From Macrostomum lignano (lineage: Eukaryota), in NCBI GenBank assembly GCA_002269645.1, contig NIVC01001451.1, forward strand, positions 190,994 to 254,993: a DNA stretch of 64,000 bases. The letters run 5' to 3'. The notes under the pieces are model-generated. The model had not been told where the DNA came from. It searched no databases and saw only the letters and a program-made list of their open reading frames with translations. Positions 12,020 through 24,774 of this stretch are shown piece by piece (position 1 is the first letter of the stretch; each line of letters starts with the position of its first letter). The translations under genes and the position numbers were made by a program.

Positions 12020-12560
12020 CGCCGCAAGGTGTGTCTAACGATGTAACGCCGCAAGGTGTGTCTGAACGATGTGAAGTCGCAAGGTGTGTCTGAACGATGT
12101 GAAGTCACAAGCTGTGTCTGAACGATGTGAAGTCGCAAGCTGTGTCTGTACGATGTGAAGTCGCAAGGTGTGTCCGAACGATGCGAAGTCGCAAGTTGTG
12201 TCCGAACGATGTGAAGTTGCAAGGTTTGTCTGAACGATGTGAAGTCGCAAGGCGTGTCCGAACGATGTGAAGTCGCAAGGTGTGTCTGAACGATGCGAAG
12301 TCGCAAGGTTTGTCTGAACGATGTGAAGTCGCAAGGTTTGTCTGAACGATGTGAAGTCGCAAGGTGTGTCCGAACGATGTGAAGTCGCAAGCTGTGTCTG
12401 AACGATGTGAAGTCGCAAGCTGTGTCTGTACGGTGTGAAGTCGCAAGGTGTGTCTGAACGATGTGAAGTCGCAAGGTGTGTCTGAACGATGTGAAGTCGC
12501 AAGGTGTGTCTGAACGATGTGAAGTCGCAAGCTGTGTCTGGACAATGTGAAGTCGTAACG
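12020..12560. repeat. 28-bp minisatellite, ~18 copies
   Basis: Unit gaacgatgtgaagtcgcaaggtgtgtct. Confidence 0.95.
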
Positions 12561-12743
12561 CGTGTCAAGGTGAACAATGCTAGAAAGTTGAACAAATCGA
12601 ATTGGCGGACGTATTGCCGGAATATTAGTGATATTACTATACTATATTAAACGTCGGGCTTAAATAGAATTGGCCCGATATTTTTTCAGCAGACGTTTTT
12701 GCCTATAGTGATACATAGTGTGAACGAAACTCGCTGATCAAGC

Positions 12744-15700
12744 ATGGCTGCTGAACCATCTCAAGCCCTGCCAACTGTTGAGCTTCACGATCAGCAGCAG
12801 CAGCTCCGCCAGAGGCAGTCTGAGCCGCAGCTTCTGCAGGTCCCGCAGGGTGACAGAGCCAGTCGTCACCGAAAGCGACATTCCGAGTTCAACTTGGCCG
12901 GTTTGACGGGCGAAGAGCTCGAATCTGTTGAAAACGAATCCGAGTCGGTCAGCTGCCACCTGGCCGACGGTCACGAGCACCTGGATCACGTGATGGCTGA
13001 CGCTGACATACCGATGAGCGTAGAGCAGCTGGCGCAGTGCCTGCTGACCGATGGGCCCTGGTTTCGCGACTTCCTCCAACGTCGCCGCACCTTCGGCATT
13101 GAGGCCAGCGATTTTGAAGACGAAAACGGCATCAACGTTGGAGGCGCCGGTCGGGCGCGTCGGCCAGGTGATCGACGGGACGTGCGCTACTGGCTGCGCA
13201 TCAACTACGCCATCGGGCCGAAGCAGACGCTGGTTGAGGAGACTCAGACTTACGTGTGAGATTGGCTTGGCTCAGCAACTGGGGATCTGGGAGGGTGGTT
13301 CAGCAACTGAGGATCTGGGAGGGTGGTTCAGCAACTGAGGATCTGGGAGGGTGTGGTGGCATGAGACAATCGGATGCTTTCTTAGAGAAAGGGCAAAATA
13401 ACCTAGACTAACATACCATGGCTTAGAGTAATATCCCGTCAATATCCAACCACTCAGTTGGTGCAAACCAGGCAAACTACACGTGGTGGACTGCGAGGTG
13501 CACAACCGGGACATACCCTACGGCACGTCTTTCCACACCCTCAACCGGATGTGCCTGACCTGCCGCGGGCCTGGCCGCAGCCACCTGACCATCACGTCGC
13601 GCACTGTGTTCACCAGGGCTGTGTTCCTGGCTAAGAGCTTCATCGAGTCCAACGTGCGCGAAGGCAGTCAGGTGAGGCCGGTTCAAATGATCGAATTGAT
13701 TCTTGCTTGAATTGCCCGATTTTCATTTACAAGAGACCCATCAATAAAGTGCATGGTACATGACGAGAAGAATGTCTTGACAATTTTACCTTGAACCACA
13801 GTGCCTTAGTACAACAGTTTCTCTACTTTCAGTTCAGTAGCAAGGAAGAATTTTTAGGCTATTTTATTTTATGTAAAAGAATTCAGTTAGCGTAACTCTT
13901 CAGGCGTAAAACAACTCGCTATCGGTGCAGCCGTAATGTGCCATTAGCCAGTGCCACTAGAAATATACATTGGCTTGGCAGGCGGCTCTAGACGTGAAGA
14001 CTGGCCGGCGGGGCGGGGGTAAGAGTTTTTGAGAAGTTAGACGCAGCCGGAGGGGTTCAGATAGAAGAACGGGTAAGAGGTTCAATGAACTTAGCTTATA
14101 CAATGTACTAGTCCTCCTAGCTTTAGGCTGGGAGGAAGGCAATAAAAATTGGGGGTGCGCGGTAGGGTAGTGATTTTGTGCGAAAAGACGCGAACGGAGG
14201 GAGGGGTTCAACTGGCGGTGAGCGGGCCAATAGGCGAGCCTATAGCTATATACTGTACATAACATGGCAGCATGACAAGGCACCGAGGAAAGCAATAAAA
14301 ATAGGCGGCGGGGCGGGGGTAGAGTTTTTGAGAAGTTAGACGCAGCCCGAGGGGTTCAGATAGAAGAACGGGTAAGAGGTTCAATGAACTTAGCTTATAC
14401 AATGTACTAGTCCTCCTAGCTTTAGGCTGGGAGGAAGGCAATAAAAATTGGGGGTGCGCGGTAGGGTAGAGATTTTGTGCGAAAAGACGCGAACGGAGGG
14501 AGGGGTTCAACTGGCGGTGAGCGGGCCAATAAGCGAGCCTATAGCTATATACTGTACATAACAAGGCAGCATGACAAGGCACCGAGGAAAGCAATAAAAA
14601 TAGGCGGCGGGGCGGGGGTAGAGATTTTGTGCGACAATATGCAGTCGGAGGGGTTCAGCTGAGGCAGTGATTAGGCCAATATACCAGTATTGTCCTAAAT
14701 TAAATTAAAGTGGTTAACTTTCTACTGAACTGAAAGTGGCTTACACGCAAATGTACAGCCCAACTACTCCTAGTTGGGGGACAGAGCAGCTGGTGAGAGC
14801 GCCACGATCTCTGATTCGATTCCGTTTACGGTCATATTTTTATTTTGGATTGGACCTTGTGCACGAAAATAGGTTTTGATTATTACTATTAGCCCATCTA
14901 GTTATTATAGATATCTGACCCCGCAGACCTACTTCCGCCTCATGGTGGACACTCTGCTGGATCCCAATGCTGGCAAGACGCCAATTAACGACGAAGGCGG
15001 CGCCTCGGCCGCGGCTTCGCGACCTCCGTCTGGCTCGTCAACCCCTGCAACAGCAGCTGCCGCAGGGGCGGCGGCGGCGGCGGCGTCGTCGGCTCCTTCG
15101 GTGTCATCTTCAACGCCGATGTCGCGCAGCGCGGCAGCCCAGCGTCAGCAGGACGGCACCGGCAGGCCCCGACCGTCGACTAATTCAACAACTGTCGCCA
15201 ACGCCGCCGCCACCTCGGCCGCGACTGCGATGGCGGGCCGTCGAGTGTCCCGATCGCGTAGCGGCGTCCGCAGCAGCAAAGACGGTGGGCAGAGGCTGCT
15301 GGTTCTGTGCCTGCTGCTGGCGTGAGTGCTTCACGAATCATTGCGCAGTTGTTTTCGTCTTGGGTTCCATTGAGAGTTATTGGTTCCAGTAATCGGTTCC
15401 GTTCTATCTGGAAATAATCGACACCAGCTTTAGTTTTTCACTAAAAGTCCAGTTACAGTTTTCTTGTTTAATTTTTTTTTAATTTTGGTTTTCCTTCAAA
15501 TTAATCCCAACGTCCAGCAGTGTCCTGATGTTCTGCTGTCTGGTCAGCTTGCACCTGCGCTTCCAGTCTCTGGACAGCTCGCTGGATCGATTGAGTTCCA
15601 GCGAATTCAGGTGAGATTAACTGTATAGGGCAGATGTTAGATTTCAAGAATTTCAGTTTGTCTACCGATATGTATCGAAAACAGCGATCGAAGTAAACTG

Positions 15701-16092
15701 GCCGATATGTATTGAAAACAAATAACCGAAGTTAAGTGGCCGATCGCGATATGTATCGAAAATAAGAATAACCTAAGTTAACTGGCCGATATGTATCGAA
15801 AACATTAATAACGAAGTTAACTGGCCGATATGTATCGAAAACATTAATAACCAAACGCTTCAGTCGGTCTGCCTGCGCTCCGGCTGGTGACGCCAGCCGA
15901 ACTGGCGCCGCTTTCACACGCGAGCAGCTGGACATCTGGCGTCGCGCTCTCGACGAGACTCTGGGCAGCCTGGACGGCCTGCTGTTCGAACTGCGCCGGG
16001 TGGCCACTGCGGAGGCCACCGCCGCTGCCGCCGCCTCCTCCAGCATCCCGGCCGGACGTCCGGTCTGTGACAGACCGCCTCCGCCTCCCTGA
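12744..16092 (+). CDS. VASt (StART-like) domain ER sterol-transfer protein, Aster/GRAMD1-like, 5 exons
   Basis: Exons 12744-13255, 13458-13671, 14927-15321, 15518(or 15521, NAGNAG)-15610 and 15864-16092 join in frame through GT-AG introns. The product reads GPKQTLVEETQTYVWCKPGKLHVVDCEVHNRDIPYGTSFHTLNRMCL...KSFIESNVREGSQTYFRLMVDTL (VASt), then a TM helix LLVLCLLLAASVLMFCCLVSL and a C-terminal helix EQLDIWRRALDETLGSLDGLLFELR, as in GRAMD1. Confidence 0.85.
13990..14660. repeat. ~300-bp tandem duplication (about 2.2 units) in intron 2 of the VASt gene
   Basis: ggcggggcgggggta recurs at ~14007, 14307 and 14606. A 17-bp inverted repeat (actttcagttcagtag ~13825 and ctactgaactgaaagt ~14722) brackets it. 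Confidence 0.85.
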
Positions 16093-16689
16093 CCAATCAG
16101 GGACCAATTCTTCCGTCGGAAGTTTTTACTAACTAATGAAATATTTTTTGATTGTTTACTTTTTCTTTTTTTCTCGCAGATTTTTCTTCCTATGTTTAAA
16201 TTTGCCTACTGATTGGTAGTAGAAAGTAGCGATTTTTATAAGACGAAATCTACATTCCATTAATTACGTACGCTAGCATTGATTTACTTGCAATCCATCC
16301 TTTTGATCCAACTTTTTAATTGTCTACGATTTTTACGGTTGTCATTTTCATCGTTCTGGCATTTTTACACCTAGATTAATTTTTGATTGAGCTTTCGAGG
16401 CAATTCTCAAACCCTATTTCTAATCTTTTAATTCCTATGGGAACTTTTGTGCTCATTACGGATATATTTTTAAAATGATGCAATGCCGTAGGAAGGCTTA
16501 AAAATATATTATACTTGAAATTTGTCTACCCTGACAACCTAATTTATACAGACAAAGTGTTTGTCAGTCATGTATTTCTGCCTTTCATTTTATATGCAGT
16601 TAGCATGGAAAACATAAGGTAATATCGCGCTGCTTCTGTCGGGCTTCTGCTTCTGTGAGGCATCGGCTGCTTCTGCCGTTTAAATCATG

Positions 16690-17160
16690 ATGTTGGAGAC
16701 TGCAGGCTGGGAGATGATCAAAGGGAGACTGCAAGCTAGGAGATGATGGAGAGGAGACTGCAGGCTGGGAGATGATGAAGGGGAGACTGCAAGCTGGGAG
16801 ATGATGAAGGGAGGCTGCGAGCTGGGAGATGATGGAGAGGAGACTGCAGGCTGGGAGATGATGAAGGGGAGACTGCAAGCTGGGAGATGATGAAGGGAGG
16901 CTGCGAGCTGGGAGATGATAAAGAGGATACTGCAGGCAAGGAGATGATGAAGGGGAGACTGCAAGCTGGGAGATGATGAAGGGAGGCTGCGAGCTGGGAG
17001 ATGATGAAGAGGAGACTGCAGGCTGGGAGATGATGAAGGGGAGACTGCAAGCTGGGAGATGATGAAGGGAGGCTGCGAGCTGGGAGATGATGAAGAGGAG
17101 ACTGCAGGCAAGGAGATGATGAAGGGGAGACTGCAAGCTGGGATATGATGAAGGAGGGAC
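16690..17160. repeat. 28-29-bp minisatellite between convergent genes
   Basis: Units gggagatgatgaaggggagactgcaagct and gggagatgatgaagggaggctgcgagct. Confidence 0.9.
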
Positions 17161-17226
17161 CGCAGGCCAAGTGATAAAGGATATTAAGATAGACTTAGGG
17201 ACTCTAGCACGTAGGGGTCCGGCAGC

Positions 17227-18432
17227 TCACAGATGCAGCACCCGCAGGCGGCGGTACTGATAGCCGGGCCTTCTGGGCGGCAGCGCCACCAGCACCCGAC
17301 CGTCGCTGCGCAGCCAAGCGGCGGCCGTGCCGGTGTCGGCATCTGCCGGCAGCCGGTCGAATCGATCGCGAAATCGTCGAGTCGACGCCCTACCGTCGGC
17401 CACCAGCTGCCGACAGCCGCTGACGGTCACTACGGTTGGCGTCGACGTGACGGTCAGGTCCTGCACGGAGTAGCCGCCGCCGTCAGCCAGAATGAGGTGC
17501 ACAACCGAGGCAGGCTGCTCCGGCTGGCGGTGCTGCTCCTCACCAGGATGAGGCGAATGAGGCTGACGTTGATGCGGCCGCTGGTGACTCTGAGCAGCCT
17601 GAGATTGAATAGCGTGTAGAATGTAGATCATGTGAGCACAGCCTCGTGCGATCGGGCATCTCGTGCTGCTCAAGAGTATCTCACCCTAAGACTGAGGGTA
17701 TCTCACCCTAAGACTAAGAGTATCTCACCCTAAGACTGAGAGTACCTCATCCTAAGACTGCAGAGAGTATCTCACCCAAAGACTGAGTATTTTCAAAATT
17801 CTCTCAAACTCGCCAACTCACCGCTGCCGTCCTTGCGGTGCCCGTCGCCGGCACCTCCAGTCGCAGACGGCCGTCGGCCAGCAGGCTGGCTCGGACGCCG
17901 CCTCCGCCGCTGGCTGCCGCAAAGGAGGCGACGCTACTCGCCCCAGCGGGCAGTTCCAGCCTGCGTTCGAACGCCATCCGACGCGGCGGCGCCGCCCGAC
18001 CGACCACGCGGATGGCCAGCCGTCCCGGGCCTCCATCGCCGCTCTGGTAGCCGAAGGCGGCCTCGGGAGACACGACCAGCTCGCCGGGCGCGTAGCCGTG
18101 TGCGTTCAGGTGGGCGACGAAAACCCGCCTGGTGGCGTCCAGTCGCCATTCGCCTTCGGCCGCTTCGCCGTTGACGTCTAAATCGTCGACATAGCCGTTG
18201 CCGGTGCCGACGGCGGAGGAGGGGAAGAACTGGTCGGCCTCTGTGCGGACCCGCCGGTTCAGCTGGTCGAGCTCCTGCGAAGCCTGCGATGTCGGCGATG
18301 TCGGCGACGCCTGAGAAGACGCTGCTGAAAGCCGGCGCTGCCGCTGCGACTGACTACGGCGAGGACCGACGTCGCCATCGCCGGCAAAGCGTACGCCGAA
18401 ACGGCGGCGACGGTCTGCGAGTTGGCAAAAAA

Positions 18433-18467
<35 letters not shown>

Positions 18468-19602
18468 GTCTCTGTCTGCTTTAACAACAGAATTGGTCCA
18501 GCGGCTCTACTATTGCTGGTTCAAATTGTTACTGTAAAAACTCAGTCATGAGAATACTCATCCACTAATGGCGGAAACTTTGAAAGAAGTGACGCAGTGG
18601 CTGTTATTCATGCATGCATAAAGGGGTAAAACAATTCTGTCAATTAACGCATACTGAGTCGTCACATTTTACGATTGAAACTCTTACTAAACGAACTTAT
18701 ATACAAAGGGCATCAGGACGTCAAGTTGCTTTTAGTTGCTACCAAAGTGCTGTTAGAGGCGTTAATAACATGACTGTCATCGTCAGAGTTCGCTAAAATT
18801 TGAGGGTGCCAACGCTAAGACTGTAAGTGGCCCGGTTTAGTTTTCTCAATTGCCTGGGCTGCTGTGAAGGCCTTACATGTGTGCCGTACAAGTCATCCAC
18901 TTTAGCTGAGTTGAAGTGGCACAAGAAGGAGAGTTCTCAGCACAGATTTGAGAGCAAACACGCTCGGAGCTCTCAGAAGTTCGAATTGTTGAATTGTAAA
19001 CTTGAGCATTTATGGCCTGTGCTGCGCTTCTCTCTTATTTTGCTTACAGCAGGGTTAGGCGAACTTTTTTACCTCAAAGGCCAGGCACAGAACCTAGCGC
19101 TTGACTGCGGGTCAGAGGAGGGGAGAGAGGAGAGGGAATAGAGAACAGAGAAAGGAGAGGAGAGAAGAGAGGAAAGGAGAGGAGAGGAGAGAGGAGAGGA
19201 AAGAGGGGAGAGGAGAGAAGGGAGGAGAGGAGAGGAGAGAGGAGAGGAAAGAGGGGAGAGGAGAGAAGAGAGGAGAGGAGAGGAGAGAGGAGAGGAAAGA
19301 GGGGAGAGGAGAGAGGAGAGGAGAGGAGAAGAGAGGAGAGGAAAGAGGACACGGTTCGAGCACATGATTTGAGCACACGATTTGAGCACACGATTTGAGT
19401 ACATGGTTTGAGCACACAGTTTGAGCACATGGTTTGAGCACACAGTTTGAGCACATATTTTGAGCACAATCTGAGCACATGATCTGGCCACATGATTTGA
19501 GCACATGACTTGAGCACACAATTTGGGAATTTACCTACATGTACTCTCGCATATTGACGGATTTTCTTAAGGATAATGACTTGAAAATTTTGACTCACCC
19601 AT
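17227..19602 (-). CDS. Small heat-shock protein with two alpha-crystallin domains (p40/Tsp36-like), 3 coding exons
   Basis: Exons 19602-19599 (ATGG|gtgagt), 18414-17822 and 17598-17227 join in frame. ACD1: AHLNAHGYAPGELVV...FERRLELP...LLADGRLRLEVP. ACD2: GGYSVQDLTVT...VTVSG...RRFRDRFDRLPADAD...LRSDGRVLVALP, with a terminal IXI-like RRLRV. The 4-nt first coding exon is less certain than the rest. Confidence 0.75.
19120..19520. repeat. GA-rich simple repeat followed by a tttgagcacac-type short repeat, in sHSP intron 1
   Basis: gaggagagg arrays 19120-19350; ttgagcaca(c/t) units 19355-19520. Confidence 0.9.
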
Positions 19603-19716
19603 AGGCAGGTTTAACTACAACACTTCAGATATTTTATTATTCAGAAAAATAATATAATTCCTCCGCGGTCTGTTCTGTCGAGCTGGTAAATCTTTCTACT
19701 CACAGCAGTTCGTTTC

Positions 19717-19724
19717 TATTTATA
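19717..19724 (-). promoter_or_regulatory. TATA box of the sHSP gene (candidate)
   Basis: TATAAATA on the minus strand ~115 bp upstream of the inferred ATG at 19602. Confidence 0.45.
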
Positions 19725-19911
19725 CTAAAATTTATTAAACAATAATTCTTCACGTCGAAGCGAGGCGAATTTTGCTACTTTAAGTAGTGCGCCGTGTATA
19801 TTCTCACTAGTTAAAATATATTATTCTTTTATGAGGCAAAAGAAATTAGAAAGCAGATTTTTTTACCAAATTAAAACAACCTGCGCATCTCTGATTCAAC
19901 CAGAGTAGCGC

Positions 19912-22900
19912 CAACCAGATCCTCAGAATGGCGCCTCTCAGATCCTCAGAATGGCGCCTCTCAGATCCTCAGAATGGCGCCTCTCAGATCCTCAGAATGG
20001 CGCCTCTCAGATCCTCAGAATAGCGCCTCCCAGATTCTCAGAATGGCGCCTCCCAGATCCTCAGAATGGCGCCTCTCAGATCCTCAGAATGGCGCCTCCC
20101 AGATTCTCAGAATGGCGCCTCCCAGATCCTCAGAATGGCGCCTCTCAGATCCTCAGAATGGCGCCTCCCAGATTCTCAGAATATTGCCTCCCAGATCATC
20201 AGAATGGCGCCTCCCAGATCCTTAGAATGGCGCCCCTCATATCCTTAGAATGGCGCCTCTCAGATCCTCAGAATGGCGCCCCTCATATCCTTAGAATGGC
20301 GCCTCTCAGATCCTCAGAATGGCGCCTCCCAGATTCTCAGAATGGCGCCTCCCAGATCATCAGAATGGCGCCTCCCAGATCATCAGAATAGCGCCTCCCA
20401 GATCATCAGAATAGCGCCTCCCAGATCATCAGAATAGCGCCTCCCAGATCATCAGAATGGCGCCCCTCATATCCTTAGAATGGCGCCTCTCAGATCCTCA
20501 GAATGGCGCCTCCCAGATTCTCAGAATGGCGCCTCCCAGATCCTCAGAATGGCGCCTCTCAGATCCTCAGAATGGCGCCTCCCAGATTCTCAGAATGGCG
20601 CCTCCCAGATGCTCAGAATGGCGCCTTCCAGATCCTCAGAATGGCGCCTCCCAGATGCTCAGAATGGCGCCTCCCAGATGCTCAGAATGGCGCCTCCCAG
20701 ATCATCAGAATGGCGCCTCCCAGATCCTCAGAATGGCGCCTCCCAGATCATCAGAATGGCGCCAACCAGATCCTCAGAATGGCGCCAACCAGATCCTCAG
20801 AATGGCGCCTCCCAGATCATCAGAATGGCGCCTCCCAGATCATCAGAATGGCGCCTCCCAGATCCTTAGAATGGCGCCTCTCAGATCCTCAGAATGGCGC
20901 CTTCCAGATCCTCAGAATGGCGCCTCACAGATCTTTAGAATGGCGCCTCCCAGATCATCAGAATGGCGCCCCTCATATCCTCAGAATGGCGCCCCTCATA
21001 TCCTTAGAATGGCGCCCCTCATATCCTTAGAATGGCGCCCTCAGATCCTCAGAATGGCGCCCCTCAAATCCTTAGAATGGCGCCCTCAGATCCTCAGAAT
21101 GGCGCCCCTCATATCCTTAGAATGGCGCCCTTCGGATTCTTAGAATGGCGCCTCCCAGATCATTAGAATGGCGCCCCTCAGATCCTCAGAAGGGCGCCCC
21201 TCAGATCATTAGAATGGCGCCTCCCAGATCATCAGAATAGCGCCTCCCAGATCATCAGAATGGCGCCTCCCAGATCATCAGAATAGCGCCTCCCAGATCA
21301 TCAGAATAGCGCCTCCCAGATCATCAGAATGGCGCCCCTCATATCCTTAGAATGGCGCCTCTCAGATCCTCAGAATGGCGCCTCCCAGATCATCAGAATG
21401 GCGCCTCCCAGATCCTCAGAATGGCGCCTCTCAGATCCTCAGAATGGCGCCTCCCAGATTCTCAGAATGGCGCCTCCCAGATGCTCAGAATGGCGCCTTC
21501 TAGATCCTCAGAATGGCGCCTCTCAGATTCTCAGAATGGCGCCTCCCAGATGCTCAGAATGGCGCCTTCCAGATGCTCAGAATGGCGCCTCCCAGATCAT
21601 CAGAATGGCGCCTCCCAGATCCTCAGAATGGCGCCTCCCAGATCATCAGAATGGCGCCAACCAGATCCTCAGAATGGCGCCAACCAGATCCTCAGAATGG
21701 CGCCTCCCAGATCATCAGAATAGCGCCTCCCAGATCCTCAGAATGGCGCCTCTCAGATCCTCAGAATGGCGCCTCTCAGATCCTCAGAATGGCGCCTTCC
21801 AGATCCTCAGAATGGCGCCTCACAGATCTTTAGAATGGCGCCTCCCAGATCATCCGAATGGCGCCCCTCATATCCTCAGAATGGCGCCCCTCATATCCTT
21901 AGAATGGCGCCCCTCATATCCTTAGAATGGCGCCCTCAGATCCTCAGAATGGCGCCATTCATATCCTTAGAATGGCGCCCTCAGATCCTCAGAATGGCGC
22001 CCCTCATATCCTTAGAATGGCGCCCTTCGGATTCTTAGAATGGCGCCTCCCAGATCATTAGAATGGCGCCCCTCAGATCCTTAGAATGGCGCCCCTCAGA
22101 TCCTCAGAATGGCGCCCCTCAGATCCTCAGAATGGCGCCCCTCAGATCCTCAGAATGGCGCCCCTCAGATCATCAGAATGGCGCCTCCCAGATCATCAGA
22201 ATAGCGCCTCCCAGATCATCAGAATGGCGCCTCCCAGATCATCAGAATGGCGCCTCCCAGATCATCAGAATAGCGCCTCCCAGATCATCAGAATAGCGCC
22301 TCCCAGATCATCAGAATAGCGCCTCCCAGATCATCAGAATGGCGCCCCTCATATCCTTAGAATGGCGCCTCTCAGATCCTCAGAATGGCGCCTCCCAGAT
22401 TCTCAGAATGGCGCCTCCCAGATCCTCAGAATGGCGCCTCTCAGATCCTCAGAATGGCGCCTCCCAGATTCTCAGAATGGCGCCTCCCAGATGCTCAGAA
22501 TGGCGCCTTCCAGATCCTCAGAATGGCGCCTCTCAGATTCTCAGAATGGCGCCTCCCAGATGCTCAGAATGGCGCCCCTCAGATCATCAGAATGGCGCCT
22601 CCCAGATCATCAGAATAGCGCCTCCCAGATCATCAGAATAGCGCCTCCCAGATCATCAGAATAGCGCCTCCCAGATCATCAGAATGGCGCCCCTCATATC
22701 CTTAGAATGGCGCCTCTCAGATCCTCAGAATGGCGCCTCCCAGATCCTCAGAATGGCGCCTCCCAGATCCTCAGAATGGCGCCTCTCAGATCCTCAGAAT
22801 GGCGCCTCCCAGATTCTCAGAATGGCGCCTCCCAGATGCTCAGAATGGCGCCTTCCAGATCCTCAGAATGGCGCCTCTCAGATTCTCAGAATGGCGCCTC

Positions 22901-24120
22901 CCAGATGCTCAGAATGGCGCCCCTCAGATCATCAGAATGGCGCCTCCCAGATAATCAGAATGGCGCCTCCCAGATCATCAGAATGGCGCCTCCCAGATCC
23001 TCAGAATGGCGCCTCCCAGATCATCAGAATGGCGCCAACCAGATCCTCAGAATGGCGCCAACCAGATCCTCAGAATGGCGCCTCCCAGATCATCAGAATG
23101 GCGCCTCCCAGATCATCAGAATGGCGCCTCCCAGATCCTCAGAATGGCGCCTCACTGATCTTTAGAATGGCGCCTCCCAGATCATCAGAATGGCGCCCCT
23201 CATATCCTCAGAATGGCGCCCCTCATATCCTTAGAATGGCGCCCCTCATATCCTTAGAATGGCGCCCTCAGATCCTTAGAATGGCGCCCCTCATATCCTT
23301 AGAATGGCGCCCTCAGATCCTCAGAATGGCGCCCCTCATATCCTTAGAATAGCGCCCTTCGGATTCTTAGAATGGCGCCTCCCAGATCATTAGAATGGCG
23401 CCCCTCAGATCCTCAGAATGGCGCCCCTCAGATCCTCAGAATGACGCCTCCCAGATCCTTAGAATGGCGCCCCTCAGATCCTTAGAATGGCGCCCCTCAG
23501 ATCCTCAGAATGGCGCCCCTCAGATCCTCAGAATGGCGCCCCTCAGATCATCAGAATGGCGCCTCCCAGATCATCAGAATGGCGCCCCTCAGATCATCAG
23601 AATGGCGCCTCCCAGATCATCAGAATAGCGCCTCCCAGATCATCAGAATGGCGCCTCCCAGATCATCAGAATGGCGCCTCCCAGATCATCAGAATAGTGC
23701 CTCCCAGATCATCAGAATAGCGCCTCCCAGATCATCAGAATAGCGCCCCTCATATCCTTAGAATGGCGCCTCTCAGATCCTTAGAATGGCGCCCCTCAGA
23801 TCCTCAGAATGGCGCCCCTCAGATCCTCAGAATGGCGCCCCTCAGATCCTCAGAATGGCGCCTCCCAGATCATCAGAATGGCGCCCCTCAGATCATCAGA
23901 ATGGCGCCTCCCAGATCATCAGAATGGCGCCTCCCAGATCATCAGAATGGCGCCCCTCAGATCATCAGAATGGCGCCTCCCAGATCATCAGAATGGCGCC
24001 TCCCAGATCATCAGAATAGTGCCTCCCAGATCATCAGAATAGCGCCTCCCAGATCATCAGAATAGCGCCTCCCAGATCATCAGAATGGCGCCTCCCAGAT
24101 CATCAGAATAGCGCCCCTCA
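19912..24120. repeat. 23-bp satellite, ~4.2 kb
   Basis: Unit agaatggcgcctcccagatcctc with recurring variant blocks. Confidence 0.98.
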
Positions 24121-24774
24121 TCAGATCCTCAGACCTGCAGATCCATGCAGAATAGATCTATAGTCACTCATTTTAAACGGAGATACGGAGAGCATTCTGT
24201 TTGCAACCGTGTAATCAGCTGAGTTTTCAATAATCAGTATGCCAAGCATTCAGCTGCCAGCAGTGCAATAATCGCCCTTAGATTGTAACTACATATAGGA
24301 AATCTGCTTACCAACCCCGTCCGTCAGGCGCGCACGCATTGAACACCTGCAGTGCGCAGTCAGAATTGAATCAATCACCGGCATATAGAGGTTGCTGATT
24401 ACTTGTCAACTGAGTTGGATTAATTTCCTATACGCGTAAATCTGTGTTACTTCTGGGCTAAGCAATATTTGAATGGCTGTAAACTCTCTTCCATTTCCAG
24501 TGAATATCCTGTATAGTGTATGGTGCATGGGTGGGACGGATGCAGCTGCACATTTGATGACAGTGTGCTGCATATTTGGGAGCTTATGAATCGGGTTGAA
24601 TTACCCAATCAATTCCTGGCCTCTGTGTGTCTGTTACTCCTGGCTTTACAACTTTTTTATTTGACTCATTTTTGCTGCGTCTTTGTAGTTTTTTTTTGCT
24701 TGAGTTTCTTTATTTCATTGCTGCTTTTTATCGGGGTTTGGGAGGTTAGGAGGTGAAATGCTGGGGCGGAGAAC

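Noticed and set aside
8251-16092. ssSPT, Aster-like and ZDHHC genes as a lipid-metabolism cluster
   Set aside because: Only adjacency of two genes with an unknown ORF between them, and the ZDHHC is ~47 kb away. No evidence of functional linkage.
17660-17790. TTAGGG in the sHSP intron repeat and ttaaggg in the 30-bp satellite as telomeric DNA
   Set aside because: One hexamer per longer monomer, not tandem telomere arrays.
19730-19900. Heat-shock elements upstream of the sHSP TATA box
   Set aside because: No clean run of alternating nGAAn units found.
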